A stretch of 64,000 nt of DNA, taken from contig JBEUKZ010000096.1 in the NCBI GenBank assembly GCA_048128005.1, positions 496,001 to 560,000 on the forward strand, read 5' to 3'. Positions 24,556-37,480 of the stretch are shown here, piece by piece. The notes beneath the pieces are model-generated. The model was given only the letters and a program-made list of their open reading frames with translations. It was not told where the DNA came from and did not search any database. The position numbers and the translations under genes are program-made. Positions within the stretch are counted from its first letter, which is position 1. Each line of letters opens with the position of its first letter. Origin of the DNA: Veleropilina oligotropha. Lineage: Eukaryota.

Positions 24556-25785
24556 ATACTAGTATTAATATTATTGTATCTTTGCATATATGTGATTGTG
24601 TACTTCAAAAACAAATTGATGAATAACTGAAAAATATACTGTGATTCTTACTCTGAATGTTTAAATTGAAGATAGGCATATCAGTTCATGTTCTGTATTT
24701 TTATATAAATATGTTTCAACATTTTATTACTGAATCTCTCTAGAATTAAAACTTTTATTGTTATTGGTTTATTACTATCGTTTTTTCCATGTAAGAATTT
24801 TGACACTATTATTTAACACCTGTGAACATATCTGTTAAAGATGAATTTATGTCATTATATATTGTCCCCCAATATATGCATAGTGTCTGTACAACAAATG
24901 TTGATTGGCAAAAAAGAGTTGATATTAAAATAACAACTAGAAAAAATTGCTTAAAATATTTTCATATTTATATTCAGCACAGGTATATATATATATATAT
25001 ACATGTATGGCAGAAAGCAGATAATTATATGAAAATTTTATCATCAAAAGTCTGAATCTGTATGAAAAACCTCAATATTATGACATATGTTTAAGTTAAT
25101 TCATGACTTCAGGTGATGAAATGCAATAGTAACCATTATTTTTTTCATTTTTATTTCAAAAAAGTATGTTTTAATATTAATATTCTTCAGCTACAACAAA
25201 GTAGATGCTAAAAATTTTGACTTAATAATTAACAACAAAGTTGTCTCCATATGTCCGTGTATAGTGTCCGTAGATCACGTCCGCTTCAATACGGTGGTGC
25301 TGATATTAGAGGAATTAAGAAAGAATGCTCAAAAACCTTTTGGATCTATATCAACAACATACGTGGGTATTTTAAAATACATAAATATAGCATTTATAAC
25401 AACTTTCATTTTTTGACCATATTGCAACCTAAAATATACACTTGATCGTATTTTAGCTAAATATAAATAACATGTGAAATTAGTGTTTGTGGACAGAATT
25501 TTTGGTAAATTTGAGTGAATTTCATTCTGTTCCGTTATTGGATATATATTCTTTGGTGATTCTTATATCGATACCACCTTTTACTCTAGCATAAATATTG
25601 AAGAAACTTGATGTGTTTGGACATAGAAATTTTGGTTAAAGTTTATATCAGAGTGATTGCGGAATGCCTGGGATGAATCCGTTTTCTAACTGGCTCTTGT
25701 TTAACTTTAGTCTGTTAATTCATGTAACAGATGTTTAATATACAGTGTATTGTAAAATGCATTTCTGCACACTCCATTATAGCTA

Positions 25786-26039
25786 CTAGCTATGGTACCC
25801 GTCTTCGCCGGGCAAGTCCCCCCACCCCAATTTTTTTTTTTTTTTTTTTTTGGATAGTGCTCCCTTAAATAATATTTTTTTTTCCCGAATTTTCCGATTT
25901 TTTTTCGTGGTAAACCTTCCTTGGGGGACCCCGATTAACCCCCCAAAGTTTGAAGGTCCTAGGTCAAAGCGTCTGGGAGGAGTTCAACTTGAAACAGACA
26001 GACACACACACATACAATTATAGCTCCATTATATTAAGA
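25786..26039 (-). mobile_element. Non-autonomous Helitron
   Basis: Minus strand 5' TC, (tgtc/tg)n tract, 3' hairpin cccggcgaagacggg then CTAG; inserted at A|T with no TSD. Confidence 0.85.
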
Positions 26040-27639
26040 TGTGGGTGTATACCACAGTCTTCAAGTGTATTGTCGTTTCAAAAGCTTTTCTGTTCTTTGT
26101 CCATATAAATCTTGACCTATTGTAATGTGTAGTGTTGATTTCGCTCTTTACTGCTGGTCCAGAGGACATATAGAGATAGCTAATCACCTGCACAGAACAC
26201 TCTGTCAAGATGTCTTGCTGATAGGCATTACAGCTGGTAGTTCTTTCATCTCATGGTCTCAGCTGGTAATCTTAGACATAACATGTATCACACCTTGAGG
26301 CCAGATTAATCACGTGACCTGAGAGAGGATAGGAGTGGAACTACAAAGCATGTTGTCCTCATGCAAGTGCCACATTAGATAACATATCCAATTTTGCATT
26401 CGCTTTCTGCAAACTTGATGTGCAACCCCAGCAGTAAACGTGATTCTTGTGAATGCCGAGTCTGCCTCGTTGCTGTTAATTATCTTCTTTTATCACATGT
26501 CTTTGTCATTTTCCCATAGTGCAGCACTGTGTATTATTCATCGTAATACACCTGTGTCAAAAGCCATATCGAAATGCGATTGGCTGTTTACAAAGAGACG
26601 TTAAAGTAACCAATGAAAACGCAAGTGACGAAACGTCATCCGAAAAATTGCCTTATATAGAAACGATTCTGGCCAAACTCAATCCAAAACGTAATCGACG
26701 GTAACGTGTCGCACATAAATGTTTGGACTACTGTTGTAAATTTTAAGCACAAATAGTATTCATTATTCTTTTTCATTTAGGTAACATATAAAATTTTACC
26801 ATTTTATCTTCACATATTTGCTTGTGTAAACATTGTATTTCGTAGCAAATTTCACTATTTTTAGTAATGCGTGAGTATGACGTCATTCCATCTGACTTGC
26901 AATGCGCCATAGTGTCAACGTCGCTACTTTCTAATAGCGAAGTTGTGAATTGCTTTATATTAATTTTATCAAAAACAGACATGTGATAAATAGAACATCA
27001 CATTCGTGGTGGTGTAATATCACATTTATGAAACTCGTTTAATAAATGTGATATTACACCACCACTCATGTGAGATCCTCTATAAAGTGACTATTGCCCG
27101 TATTAATGCCATTTTCGTGAATGTGTAGCATGACTGAACAGCCTCTGTCGTATAAAATGAATCGGACGCACGTTTCGCACAGATTGATACAAATTTCGCG
27201 AAGATATGATCGATATATGATCAAATGATAGATTTTTATTGATATTATTATTGTAATTGGACAATATATATTATTGTCAAATAGAAAGCTATATCTTACT
27301 TGATGAGCAGAAATGTACGCCGCAACTTTGCTCCAAATAGGTAAATTGAAAATGTCGCTTGGCGAGAGGTAATTAAAATCAGACCACTATTATTTTTCTT
27401 TATTAGCGACTTATTTAAACGGTAACAAAATTTCTAACTTTTTATGCTATAAACAAAAAGTGTAATGCGGTTAGTTTTTATAGTCTATTTAAGGCAATTA
27501 TAAAATAATATTAATTAGCCATAATGCATTACGCACTTCTGGAATTATGCAATTCTAATGGGATCATATACGTGTATGCAATTTTAAGGTGTTCATATTA
27601 TGCAACCTAGGTCTAATGGACCGGACTTCTTTCAGTAAC

Positions 27640-28015
27640 TGCTTCAGCGGGTGAGTGGATAGTGCGTCAGACACTCGATCGAGACAGCCCGGCAGGCCTG
27701 GGTTTGAGGTCAGCCAGCGGCTTCTTCTATCGTTTAAAATAATAATAATCAATTTTATATAGTGTAAAACCGTCGAAATGCTCTAAAACCCTTCACATAC
27801 TATTAGTTAAAAACATACACCAAAGTACTAACAAAGAAAATCACGTGTTACATATGCATTTTCAAATAAATAAGTTTTCAAATATCGGCAATAGATGGCA
27901 ATCTTGGCATATCCTTCATGTATGGTGGTCAGATCGAGTGTCTCAACTGCGTTATGGCTGAAAAATTGCCAAATTAAGTGGTCATAAAACAAAGTCACGG
28001 TCAACCAACCAACCT
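27640..28015 (+). mobile_element. tRNA-derived SINE (family of 52905-54957) with an internal insertion
   Basis: gagtggatagtgcgtcagacact head, ggcatatcc..ggtcagatcg body, gctgaaa..aagtggtc tail, (caac)n end. Confidence 0.7.
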
Positions 28016-30689
28016 TCTGTGAGAGTTTATATGCAGTTTACAGAGGTTGTTCACTAATATTCATTAGGATACTTATAATATATAATTACTTGATATTATA
28101 CCTAGATATTTATGTGCAATTTGTAAATTGCAGTAGTAAAATTTTGTAACGCTCATTTAATAATATTGATAATATTGACTTGTGCACTTTTTGTGCTCAT
28201 TTCACTAACAGATGCTCCTTTGTGAATAAAGTTCAATATTTTGAACGTTGTAGTCACATTCAATATTAGATGACGTTTCTTTCACAAACTTACTAGTGTC
28301 AAATGTCGAATAATTCCTGATTTGAATAGGCGTCTCTTTCTTCGTTCGATCATGTTACCCATGACTGGGGATCTAGATGTTAGTAGCTTATGAATAGGAC
28401 ACCCATTGAGAGATATAAACAGTGAGTGCATATCTTCTAGCACGGTGTTGCTTAAAGATGCTGAAGCCGAATTAGTTCCGAAAAATACGATTAAACGCCA
28501 ATTATTCTGACACTTATGTAGCTTACGGTTGTTTGCATCCTGTTATAATGGTTTAGAGATTATATATCTAGTCATAAAATTTAAGATACCTGTATAATAA
28601 TTAATGTTGTAAATGTATCCGCCGCCGCAGAGATTTCTTGTGTGCGCTCTACAGTGAAAAGCTAATATCCGATATGATTCAAATAAGATGTACACGTTTA
28701 GTATGATGAGAACACGTCGCCTATTGATTTTTGCTACCATGGGAGGGGATACATCTTGCCGGGTTGAGGATTCGCTAGTTTGTTACTATATATTAATTAG
28801 ATTTTATTTCCAGATAGGATAATTTCTAAACAATCGTAACTTTATGCAAAGAACACATACAACTGTACATAAAGTGTCAGATTAATTGACGTTGAAGCTA
28901 AAACCGAATCAGTCCCGTAAAAGCATACCTACAATTCATAACATGCAGTTGATAACGATGAAGTTGAATGCTGTAAATTAAGATTTTTATCCTGCAGTTA
29001 TTGTCTGGTTGATTATATGGATGTTTATCCTGTTCACTGAGAAAATATCACAGGATAAACGTCTGTATACAATTATTGGTGGCAGAATACAACATTTAAA
29101 TTATTTTGTGGAATATATGCAATTTTGACAATATTTAATAAGTTAATAATTTATGCAATTTTTGGCATTTGTTAGGAAGGACTGGACATACACCAATAAT
29201 TATATTTGGCAATTTCATCTTTTATAACATCAGAACTTGTTGAAGTTCAAAGATGAGGTCACTAAACAGTGTTGAAGGTCAAGATAATTTTTGTGTAGTT
29301 ACTTTCTGTCACAATTGAAAGAAGAACCGCTGTAGTGTGAACAATCGTGCTGCTGCATGCCATACACTTTGCGTACATATACTATCATGTCTTGCATCAG
29401 TTTAGTATAAAGATGATGTCGTTGTGTTAAAATTGATATCATAATTATTGTAACACAGTGTATAAATTTACATAGGGATTGAACTGCAGTTTGGTTGCGT
29501 TCATACCAGCATAAACGCAACCAAACTGCAGTTCAATCCTTATATTTACATTAGTTTTTAACCGGAATCCCGTAAAAATAAACATAATATTTAGTTTGTT
29601 ATGATGGAGTTATTATTGTATATCGTCAGGTAACTTCCAATTAACGGAACAGCCTTTCCCTTGAGCCAAAAAATATTTCTGTAAGGATTTCATTCTGTGG
29701 TAAAATAATGAACAATATTGTTAAATTCAATGCATAAATTTAATTGATATTAAATATATAATGTAAATTTTACATTAAAGGCAAAACTTTTTATGTATAA
29801 CAATTATATTATAACAAGAAACATAGTGCGATATTACTACGCCTTGCCTATTTTCTCTATTGCGTTCATAGTAGTATGAACACAATCAAACTGTTACTGA
29901 GCTAAATAGCAGACGATGTAAATATATTCTGTTGGTAGTATCAACATTTGATGATCATGCTTTGAAAATACCTTGTATACCATCATGTATTGCCAAACTT
30001 TGAAGATCATTTGAAGTTTTTGAAAAAAAAAATTCTGGCAGTTTTATGATGTCATTAATATTTTGGGGGAACAGTGAATAAATTTGGAAGATTTTTTATT
30101 GAGTTAGTTACTACTAGTATTATATTGCCCATATGTTTTTCTGTTGAGCCTCAAACTAAACTTTCATGGCAAATCTTATCGCATCGTAAATTCCAAATAT
30201 TGTTATGTAAATTTGTATGACTCTTGATTTCTAGCAAGTATTCCTTGAGCAAGTGAGAGTCGACCTCACTTGGACATTCTAGATAAAAGTGTCCTTTCAT
30301 TCAAGTTTTATTTATACCTTTTACCTTTATACAACAAACAAAACATGTCAGTTATTGCCTTTGTGTCTCATGTCTGTTTATCAATGTAGTAGTGCACACT
30401 CCTTCGGGACAACCAAGGTGTAGCCTAATAGTCACATGTCAGAAACATCTGCAGAAAAATAATGTGTTTCTATAATCTGGTAACTCAGCTGCCATGAAAA
30501 GAAATCCCAAGAACATTGGAGCATTTATTAGGCCCAGGGGAATATACAATGCACTTCACAAACATTTATTTAAATATTTAAATCAAGATTGCCATCCACG
30601 ATATCTATTTTGATACATAGTTCATTGCAAGGGCAGTTTGTAAATTTGGACAAATGGCCACATGGTCAATTTAGCAGATGGTAATTTTC

Positions 30690-30895
30690 ATTATTCACAT
30701 GACCATACTATCGCGGGAGGAAAGTCCGGTCGCCAGGGTAAACCGCCCTCTCCGTCCAGTTACAGACAACTGTGATAGTTAACTGAACAAGAATGTTAAT
30801 ATGCTTCAGCCGAGATTCGAACCCTCCTATAGATATTAGTTAGCGAACCAGTGATTTCAGAGTTGGCACTATATACCACACGACTATCGTGGTGG
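30690..30895 (-). mobile_element. tRNA-derived SINE with V-domain-like core
   Basis: Reverse complement has a ggttcgaatc B box and ggtttaccctggcgaccggactttcctcc, matching 39336-39365. Confidence 0.7.
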
Positions 30896-32538
30896 ACGTA
30901 CATTGATATTCCAGATTTTGCTCGTTCGATATTATGAATATGACCCTTGTTGATTATTATGGAGTGACAATAAACCGAGACCTTCACCAATTAAAATCAA
31001 TTAAAACAAGGAGCTCCTACTATGATATCAACATTATTATAAAATCGACTATTAATTGCAAAATTAAATACTATGCTGTCAATTCTTAACCCTTTGGCAG
31101 CGGATAGGGTCCAAAACAACTTTGTTATACATATGTATTAGCAGAAGTGAATATTTAATAGCTATGACGCATAAATTGTTTCAGGACATGCGTAAATACA
31201 TATAACATGTGTCAGCTAAGTAAAATCGGACTATTGGTTTTGTTTACTATCATATTTTATGATTTTTAGCGACTATAAAGTTTGTTGTTATCATTTGGAG
31301 ATCAGCTGATGGGAGTTAGAACTTATCGCAAGCTATATAACATTGGTTTTACACGATGACGGTCAGTGAAAAGCAATAAAATAACGTGAAAGCGTGAAGA
31401 ACACTGCCATGTGTCGATGAAATAGGTCAACACAACATGACGAGCTCTTGGAAGGACAGGGCCTTGTAGCCACGCCCCTCACCTACATACAATGTCAGAG
31501 CAGCTGATACTTAGTATCGTGTCGATGTTGTTTATCAACGAATATCAAGGAATAATTTGATAACACAGAAAATGACAAATATTTTATGATATAAAATACA
31601 TGTATTTAGTAATTATGAACTGTTAATTGCATGTAACATTTGATTGGATACTGATATAGCTGTTTTTGCATTGGTGCACTTGGCCTCTTTTGCGTGACGT
31701 CACGGCTATGGAAATGCGTTTAACGTTATCCAGTGTGACATTTTCCCATCAAAGCAGTAATAATTATAACTTCTAAATTAGTCATATTATTATTTGTGAC
31801 TATTTACTGCAAAATATATATGCATACATACAGGCAGCAACACACTTATGCATGCACACACACCACCACCCCTATGCACAAGGTCAAGGTCAAATGACTT
31901 GGCTCGATCTTCGGATGTATGGACCAGTATTTGCATGCGAGTAACTCCATTCTGCTATAACTTCCATCTGCCTTCATGGATTGACTTGATACTTCATACA
32001 CTTGCCTATCATCATTTGTACTTCCCTTCTGTGACCCACCCATGTCAGTAATTGTCTGTAATCTGTAAATAAGTCCACAAATGATCTTTGCTGCCCCATA
32101 TGGTCAAGGCTATTCGTTTCTTCAAAAAGCGCATGAGAATCTAAAAAATTATTTTATGCACCTCAAGTGTAAACTCCTAGTACTGGACATGCTACACCGT
32201 GTACCTAAGTAAAATACCCTGTAAATAGAATGTCATGGTAGCTGAATATCACTGTCATTTGTTACTTGGTATAGATTGTTTTAATAGTGGGAAAGTAAAA
32301 TGTGTTATGGGCATTCAACAGAACAGAGGTGTTTATTAGAGGAAATATAGTACGTTTTTGAACGTTTTACCAGCACACATATGCTTCTATAGATCATGAC
32401 TGCTTAATGTTTCACTTTGATGTGAATAACAAAATTATTTTCCTATCTAGTATTAATGAGCAGATCTTACTCAAATTCAAAATTTCATGTTCTTTATTCA
32501 TCGAGTTATATTATTTCCTTTAGCTGAGCTAACCAACA

Positions 32539-32701
32539 ATGAGTTACAGATACCGTGTGAATCCCCGAGATCGACTGAGTGCGGGTAACCGTCGTTTTGG
32601 ATATGGCGGTTATGGTCATGGTGGATATGAAGCGCTGGACAACCGACATGTGTTCAACTACAGGGTGGGCCGTCAAATCTGTCCGCAAGAGAACAGAAAC
32701 G
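32539..32701 (+). CDS. Transglutaminase coding exon 1 (exon starts 32524)
   Basis: tttcctttAG acceptor, acaATG, G|GTACGT donor in phase 1, compatible with the next exon. Confidence 0.75.
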
Positions 32702-32872
32702 GTACGTTGGGTATTCATACATTGTGGTGTGCTAGCGCCACTATGATATAACATTTTTTGATAAAAAAATAAAAGAATACATATTTAGTCTGTAAAAAAT
32801 TACAAAAAATAATCCATTATTCCAAGAATAATTGTTTTGCAATTTGGTATTTTATTCAAGAATTCTTGTTTT

Positions 32873-33093
32873 TTATGCCACCACCAATTTATTGGGGTGG
32901 CATTTAGATTTACTCTTGTCCGTCCCGTCCGTCCGTCCCGTCCCGTCCGTCCCGAAACCAGTATTTGCGTGTAAGCAACTCCAATCTGCTATAACTTCTA
33001 TTTGCCTTCATGGATTGACTTGATACTTTGTACACTGCCCCTATGGTCAAGGCTGCCAGTGGGGGCATTCGTGTCCGATGGACATATTTCTAG
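32873..33093 (+). mobile_element. Short HINE-like element (inverted near-identical copy at 57592-57816; relatives 39895-40045 and ~31880-32110)
   Basis: atgccacc..ggtggcat hairpin, (cgtcc)n, 3' ggggcat + gtgtccgatggacat palindrome + CTAG in T context. Confidence 0.85.
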
Positions 33094-33457
33094 TTATTTA
33101 TAAATCCAAAGTACGGTAACTCTCTGTGATGAATAATACTTTGCCGCAGGCTAGAGCAGAAACATAAAAGACCACGGATACGATGATATCGCATCGCGAT
33201 CACAACCATAATATATTGGATAGATCCTTTTTCCACAGCTAATCCATTCATAAAATTACACCAAAATTGGTCCATAACTTTTTGCATAATTCTGCTAACA
33301 AGCAAACAGACAGACATGAACAACCCCATTGGTGAGCTAAGTATGAATACTGTTGTTTCTCTTGTTACTCGTAGCCAATAACACACGTGAAGAAAATGTC
33401 ATCATCATTTAGGTGGTTCCGTGCATGAATTGATATCGAGACTTCATCTTCCTACAG

Positions 33458-33688
33458 TATCATCTGTGCCGCCCGTCGATACGGAAATCTTGAAAGTTGA
33501 GGAGATCGATTTCAACATCGCGGCGAACACCCGCAGCCACAAGACGATGGAATATGACATCGTGGAGGGACTACCCATGGCCAGTCCGCAACTGGTGGTC
33601 CGCCGAGGTCAGCCGTTCGACATCACGGTTTACTTCAATCGGGCGTACAATGCGAAGTTGGATGACCTTCGACTGAACTTTGATATAG
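33458..33688 (+). CDS. Transglutaminase exon 2 (N-terminal beta-sandwich)
   Basis: NTRSHKTMEY..LVVRRGQPF motif; AG/GT borders, phase 1/1. Confidence 0.95.
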
Positions 33689-33877
33689 GTATGGTGAGGG
33701 GGTTTGTTTATGTTCATGTCTGTAGAACGTAATTAATTATTGCCTCGCACCTTACGTAATGTTATTTAAAGTCAATTTTATAAGATTCTTGCATTCACCC
33801 TTTCCTTACATTATTTATTGACCAATTCAAGATTTAACATTGAATTTATATTATGAATTGCTCTTGCAAACTGGTTA

Positions 33878-36800
33878 TTATGTCTCCCCATCCGAAGATG
33901 GGAGAGAAATATTGTTTTACACTCCGTTCTCCTTCTCTCTCACTTTCTCTTTCTCCTCCTTCTTCCTCACTTTTCTTGTCTGGACTAGATCTCAGGTCCT
34001 ATATGTGCAAGCATTATTTCCTTTGGTAAATTAAACCGTCCACGCATGCTATTGTGCTTTTCAGCAAAATTTCATGAAAACGACTTTCGACCTTGACGTT
34101 ATGACATTTGACCCCGAAATCTTGTCCGGCCTGGTTCTCGGAGACTTCAAATTTTTTTGTAAATGCATGGCCCACACTTGCACTTTTGACCTTGGCGCTG
34201 TGACCTTGATAAACAATATCCATATTTGGGCATTTTTATATTTTGTTTTCTTATTTTTTTCCACAAATTTATTCCTGAGGGTGAGTACATTATATAACAA
34301 TGTTCAATTTTGTTGTTCGGTCAAAGGTCAAGGTCACAGAGGTCAAAATGTACTTTCTCTAACACACACCTTGTCCTGGCTACATCTCAGATCCTATACA
34401 CGCCAGCATGATTATACCCCCCCCCGTAACGAAGTTAGGGGGGGTATATTGGAATCACCATGTCTGTCTGTTTGTCCGTCCGCACTATTCCTCCCAACCT
34501 GCTGAGCATAATTCATCGACATTTGGCATACATGATCACTACATCATGTAGTTGTTACATGAGCAACATTTTCCCGGTTGGACCTTAGACCTTGTCGTAG
34601 CGACCTCTGGACTTATAAACATTGTCTGTTATTAACTTGTGTTATTACCTTGTCCGGACTACTCCTCCCAACCTGCTGGGAATATTTCATCTAAACTTGG
34701 CATACATGATCACTACATCATGTACTTGTGCAACGGCGGTAAATTGTCCCGGTATGACCTTTGACCTTGACATAGTGACCTCTGGACTTCTAATCATTGT
34801 CTGTTAATAGTGTTATTAACTTGTCCAGACTACTCCTCCCAACTTGTTGGGAACATTTCATCGATACTTGGCATACTTGATCACTACATCATGTTGTTGT
34901 ACAACGTTCACAAATTTCCCCGGTATGATCTTTGACCTTGACATAGTAACCTCTGGACTTCTAAACATTGTCTGTTAATAGTGTTATTAACTTGTCCGGA
35001 CTACTCCTTCCAACCTGCTGGGAATATTGCATCGACACTTGGCATACATGATCACTACATCATGTAGTTGTGCAACGGCAGTAAATTTTCCCGGTATGAC
35101 CTTTGACCTTGACATAGTGACCTCTGGATTTCTAAACGTCTGTTATTAACTTGTCCAGACTACTACTCCCAACCTTCTGGGAATATTTCATCGACACTTG
35201 GCATACATGATCGCTACATCATGTAGTTGTGCAACATTCACAAATTTCCCCGGTATGAACATTGACCTTGACATAGAGACCTGGACTTCTACACATTGTC
35301 TGTTAATAGTGTTCTTAACTTGTCCGGACTACTCCTCTCAACCTGCTGGGAATATTTCTTCGACACTTGGCATACATGATCACTACATCGGCGGTAAATT
35401 TTCCCGGTATGACCTTTGACCGTGACATAGTGACTTCTGGATTTCTAAACATTGCCTGTTATTAACTTGTCCGGACTACTCCCAACCTACTGGGAATATT
35501 TCATCGACACTTGGCATACTTGATCACTACATCATGTAGTTGCGCAACAGTAACAAATTTTCCCGTTATGACCTTCGACCTTGACATAGTCACCTCTGGA
35601 TTTCTAAACGTCTGTTATTAACTTGTCCGGACTACTGGGAATATTTCATCGACACTTATCATACATGATCACTACATCATGTAGTTGTGCAACGGACACA
35701 AATAGTGACCTTCGGACTTCTAAACATTGTCTGTTATTAACCTGTCCCGACAACGCCCAATCTGCTGGGAATATTTCATCGACACTTGGCATACATGATC
35801 ACTACATCATGTAGGTGTGCAATGGCAGCACATTTTCCCAGTTTGACCTTGCCATAATGTCCTCTGGACTTCTAAACATTATCTGTTTATAACCTGTCCG
35901 GACTGCTTCTCTCAACCTGCTTGGAATATTGCATCGACACTTCATCATGTAGTTGTTCAACGGCAGTAAATTTTCCCGGTATGGCCTTTGACCTTGCCAT
36001 AGTGACCTCTGGATTTCTTAACATTATCTGTTATTAACTTGTCCGGACTACTGGGAATATTTCATCGACACTTGGCATACATGATCACTACATCATGTAG
36101 TTGTGCAACGGTAACAAATGTTCCCGGTATGACCTTCGACATTGACATAGTGACCTCTGGGCTTCTAAACATTGCCTTCTATTAACTAGTCCGGACTACT
36201 CCTCCCAATGTACTGGGAATATTTATCGACACTCGCCATACTTCATCAGTGCATGTAGTTGTGCACCTTGAGCGATTTTCCCCAGAATCACCTTTGACCT
36301 TTAAGTTATGCATGACCTTTGACATTTCTGTTATGACTTTCAGCCAAAATCTTTGTACAGACTACTTTTAAGAGACTGTTCATGGTTTATCATTTTGCAG
36401 CAGGTCTATTTCTCCTAACCCTATGGAATTATCCTGTTTGTCCATCTGTCCGTTTGTCTGTCTGTTTTTGTATTCAACTATTCACTGGAGTTCTATACTG
36501 ATAGTTTGTAGAATACATTTGAGGGGGGTATTAGTTATCCTCTGGTATGTTAAATCGCCATAATTTTGCCATTGTGCTTTTCCACAAAAGTTTGCGGAAA
36601 CGGCCTTCGACCTTGACCTAATGACTTTTGACCCCGAAATCGTGTCCGGTCTGGTTCTCGGTGATGTCAAATCTTATCCTTCTAATTTCTTTGAAGATGC
36701 ATGGCCCACACTTGAAGCATGTGCAGGGTGGTAAAATTTTGCTCTTTTGACCATGGCACTGTTACCTTCATAAAAAAATTCCATATTTGAGCATTTTTAT

Positions 36801-37434
36801 ATTTTATGGTATTCTTAATTATTTTTCGTCAACGTTGCCCCTGTGGGTGAGTACATTATATAACAGTGTTCAGTTTGTTGTTCGGTCAAAGTGACAGAGG
36901 TCAAAATGTACTTTCCTGATTCCATATTTGGGCATTTTTATATTTTATTGTTTCCTTAATTATTTTTTGCCAAATTTCTTCACGAGGGTGAATACATTAT
37001 ATAACAATGTTCAATTTCCTTGTTCGGTCAAAGGTCAAGGTCACAGATGTCAAAATGTACTTTCCTGATACACACCTTGTCCGGGCTAGATCTCGGGTCC
37101 TCTGCATGCCAGCATGATTTCCTGTGATATACTAACTGCCCTTACCGTGCCATTGTGCAAGGAGGCGTAATTTTCCGAAAATGACCTTTGGCCCTTGCCG
37201 TAATGACCTTTGACCTTCTAAAATTCTTGTCATCTTCATATATATAAGTTCTCATGCCTTGAACGTGAAGGGTGTAAATATTCATGACATTTGCATAAAT
37301 CCATCCATTTCGTCAAATATATTTACACTTTCCCAGTTCGTGACTTTCCAAACTTCATGAGCGTCTCAATATGGAGTGATTTCTCTTCCATGGGGAGACA
37401 TATGTTTTTGTTCACACAAAAACAACTCCTCTAG
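33878..37434 (+). mobile_element. HINE-like element with long internal repeats, interrupted by a second HINE
   Basis: 5' atgtctcccca / 3' tggggagacat subterminal IRs, 3' palindrome tgtttttg..caaaaaca, CTAG; the repeat unit resumes at ~36535. Confidence 0.8.
34412..36534 (+). repeat. Nested HINE carrying a ~171-bp satellite array (~11 units)
   Basis: ataccccccc..ggggggtat hairpin, (tgtc)n, cttggcatacatgatcactacatcatgt recurring at 130-174-bp spacing, 3' ggggggtat. Confidence 0.88.
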
Positions 37435-37480
37435 TTTTTATTAATTTTAATATTTATTTGATGAATTCAATCTATTGTAT

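Noticed and set aside
30717..30727. GAGGAAAGTCC, the bacterial RNase P RNA P4 motif
   Set aside because: It is the reverse complement of the SINE core seen at 38830 and 39350, and no other RNase P elements are evident.
13528..31000. Numerous 60-106-aa ORFs in the AT-rich region
   Set aside because: Random-like composition, mostly non-ATG starts, and no motifs or splice-consistent chains, apart from the Tc1 relic.
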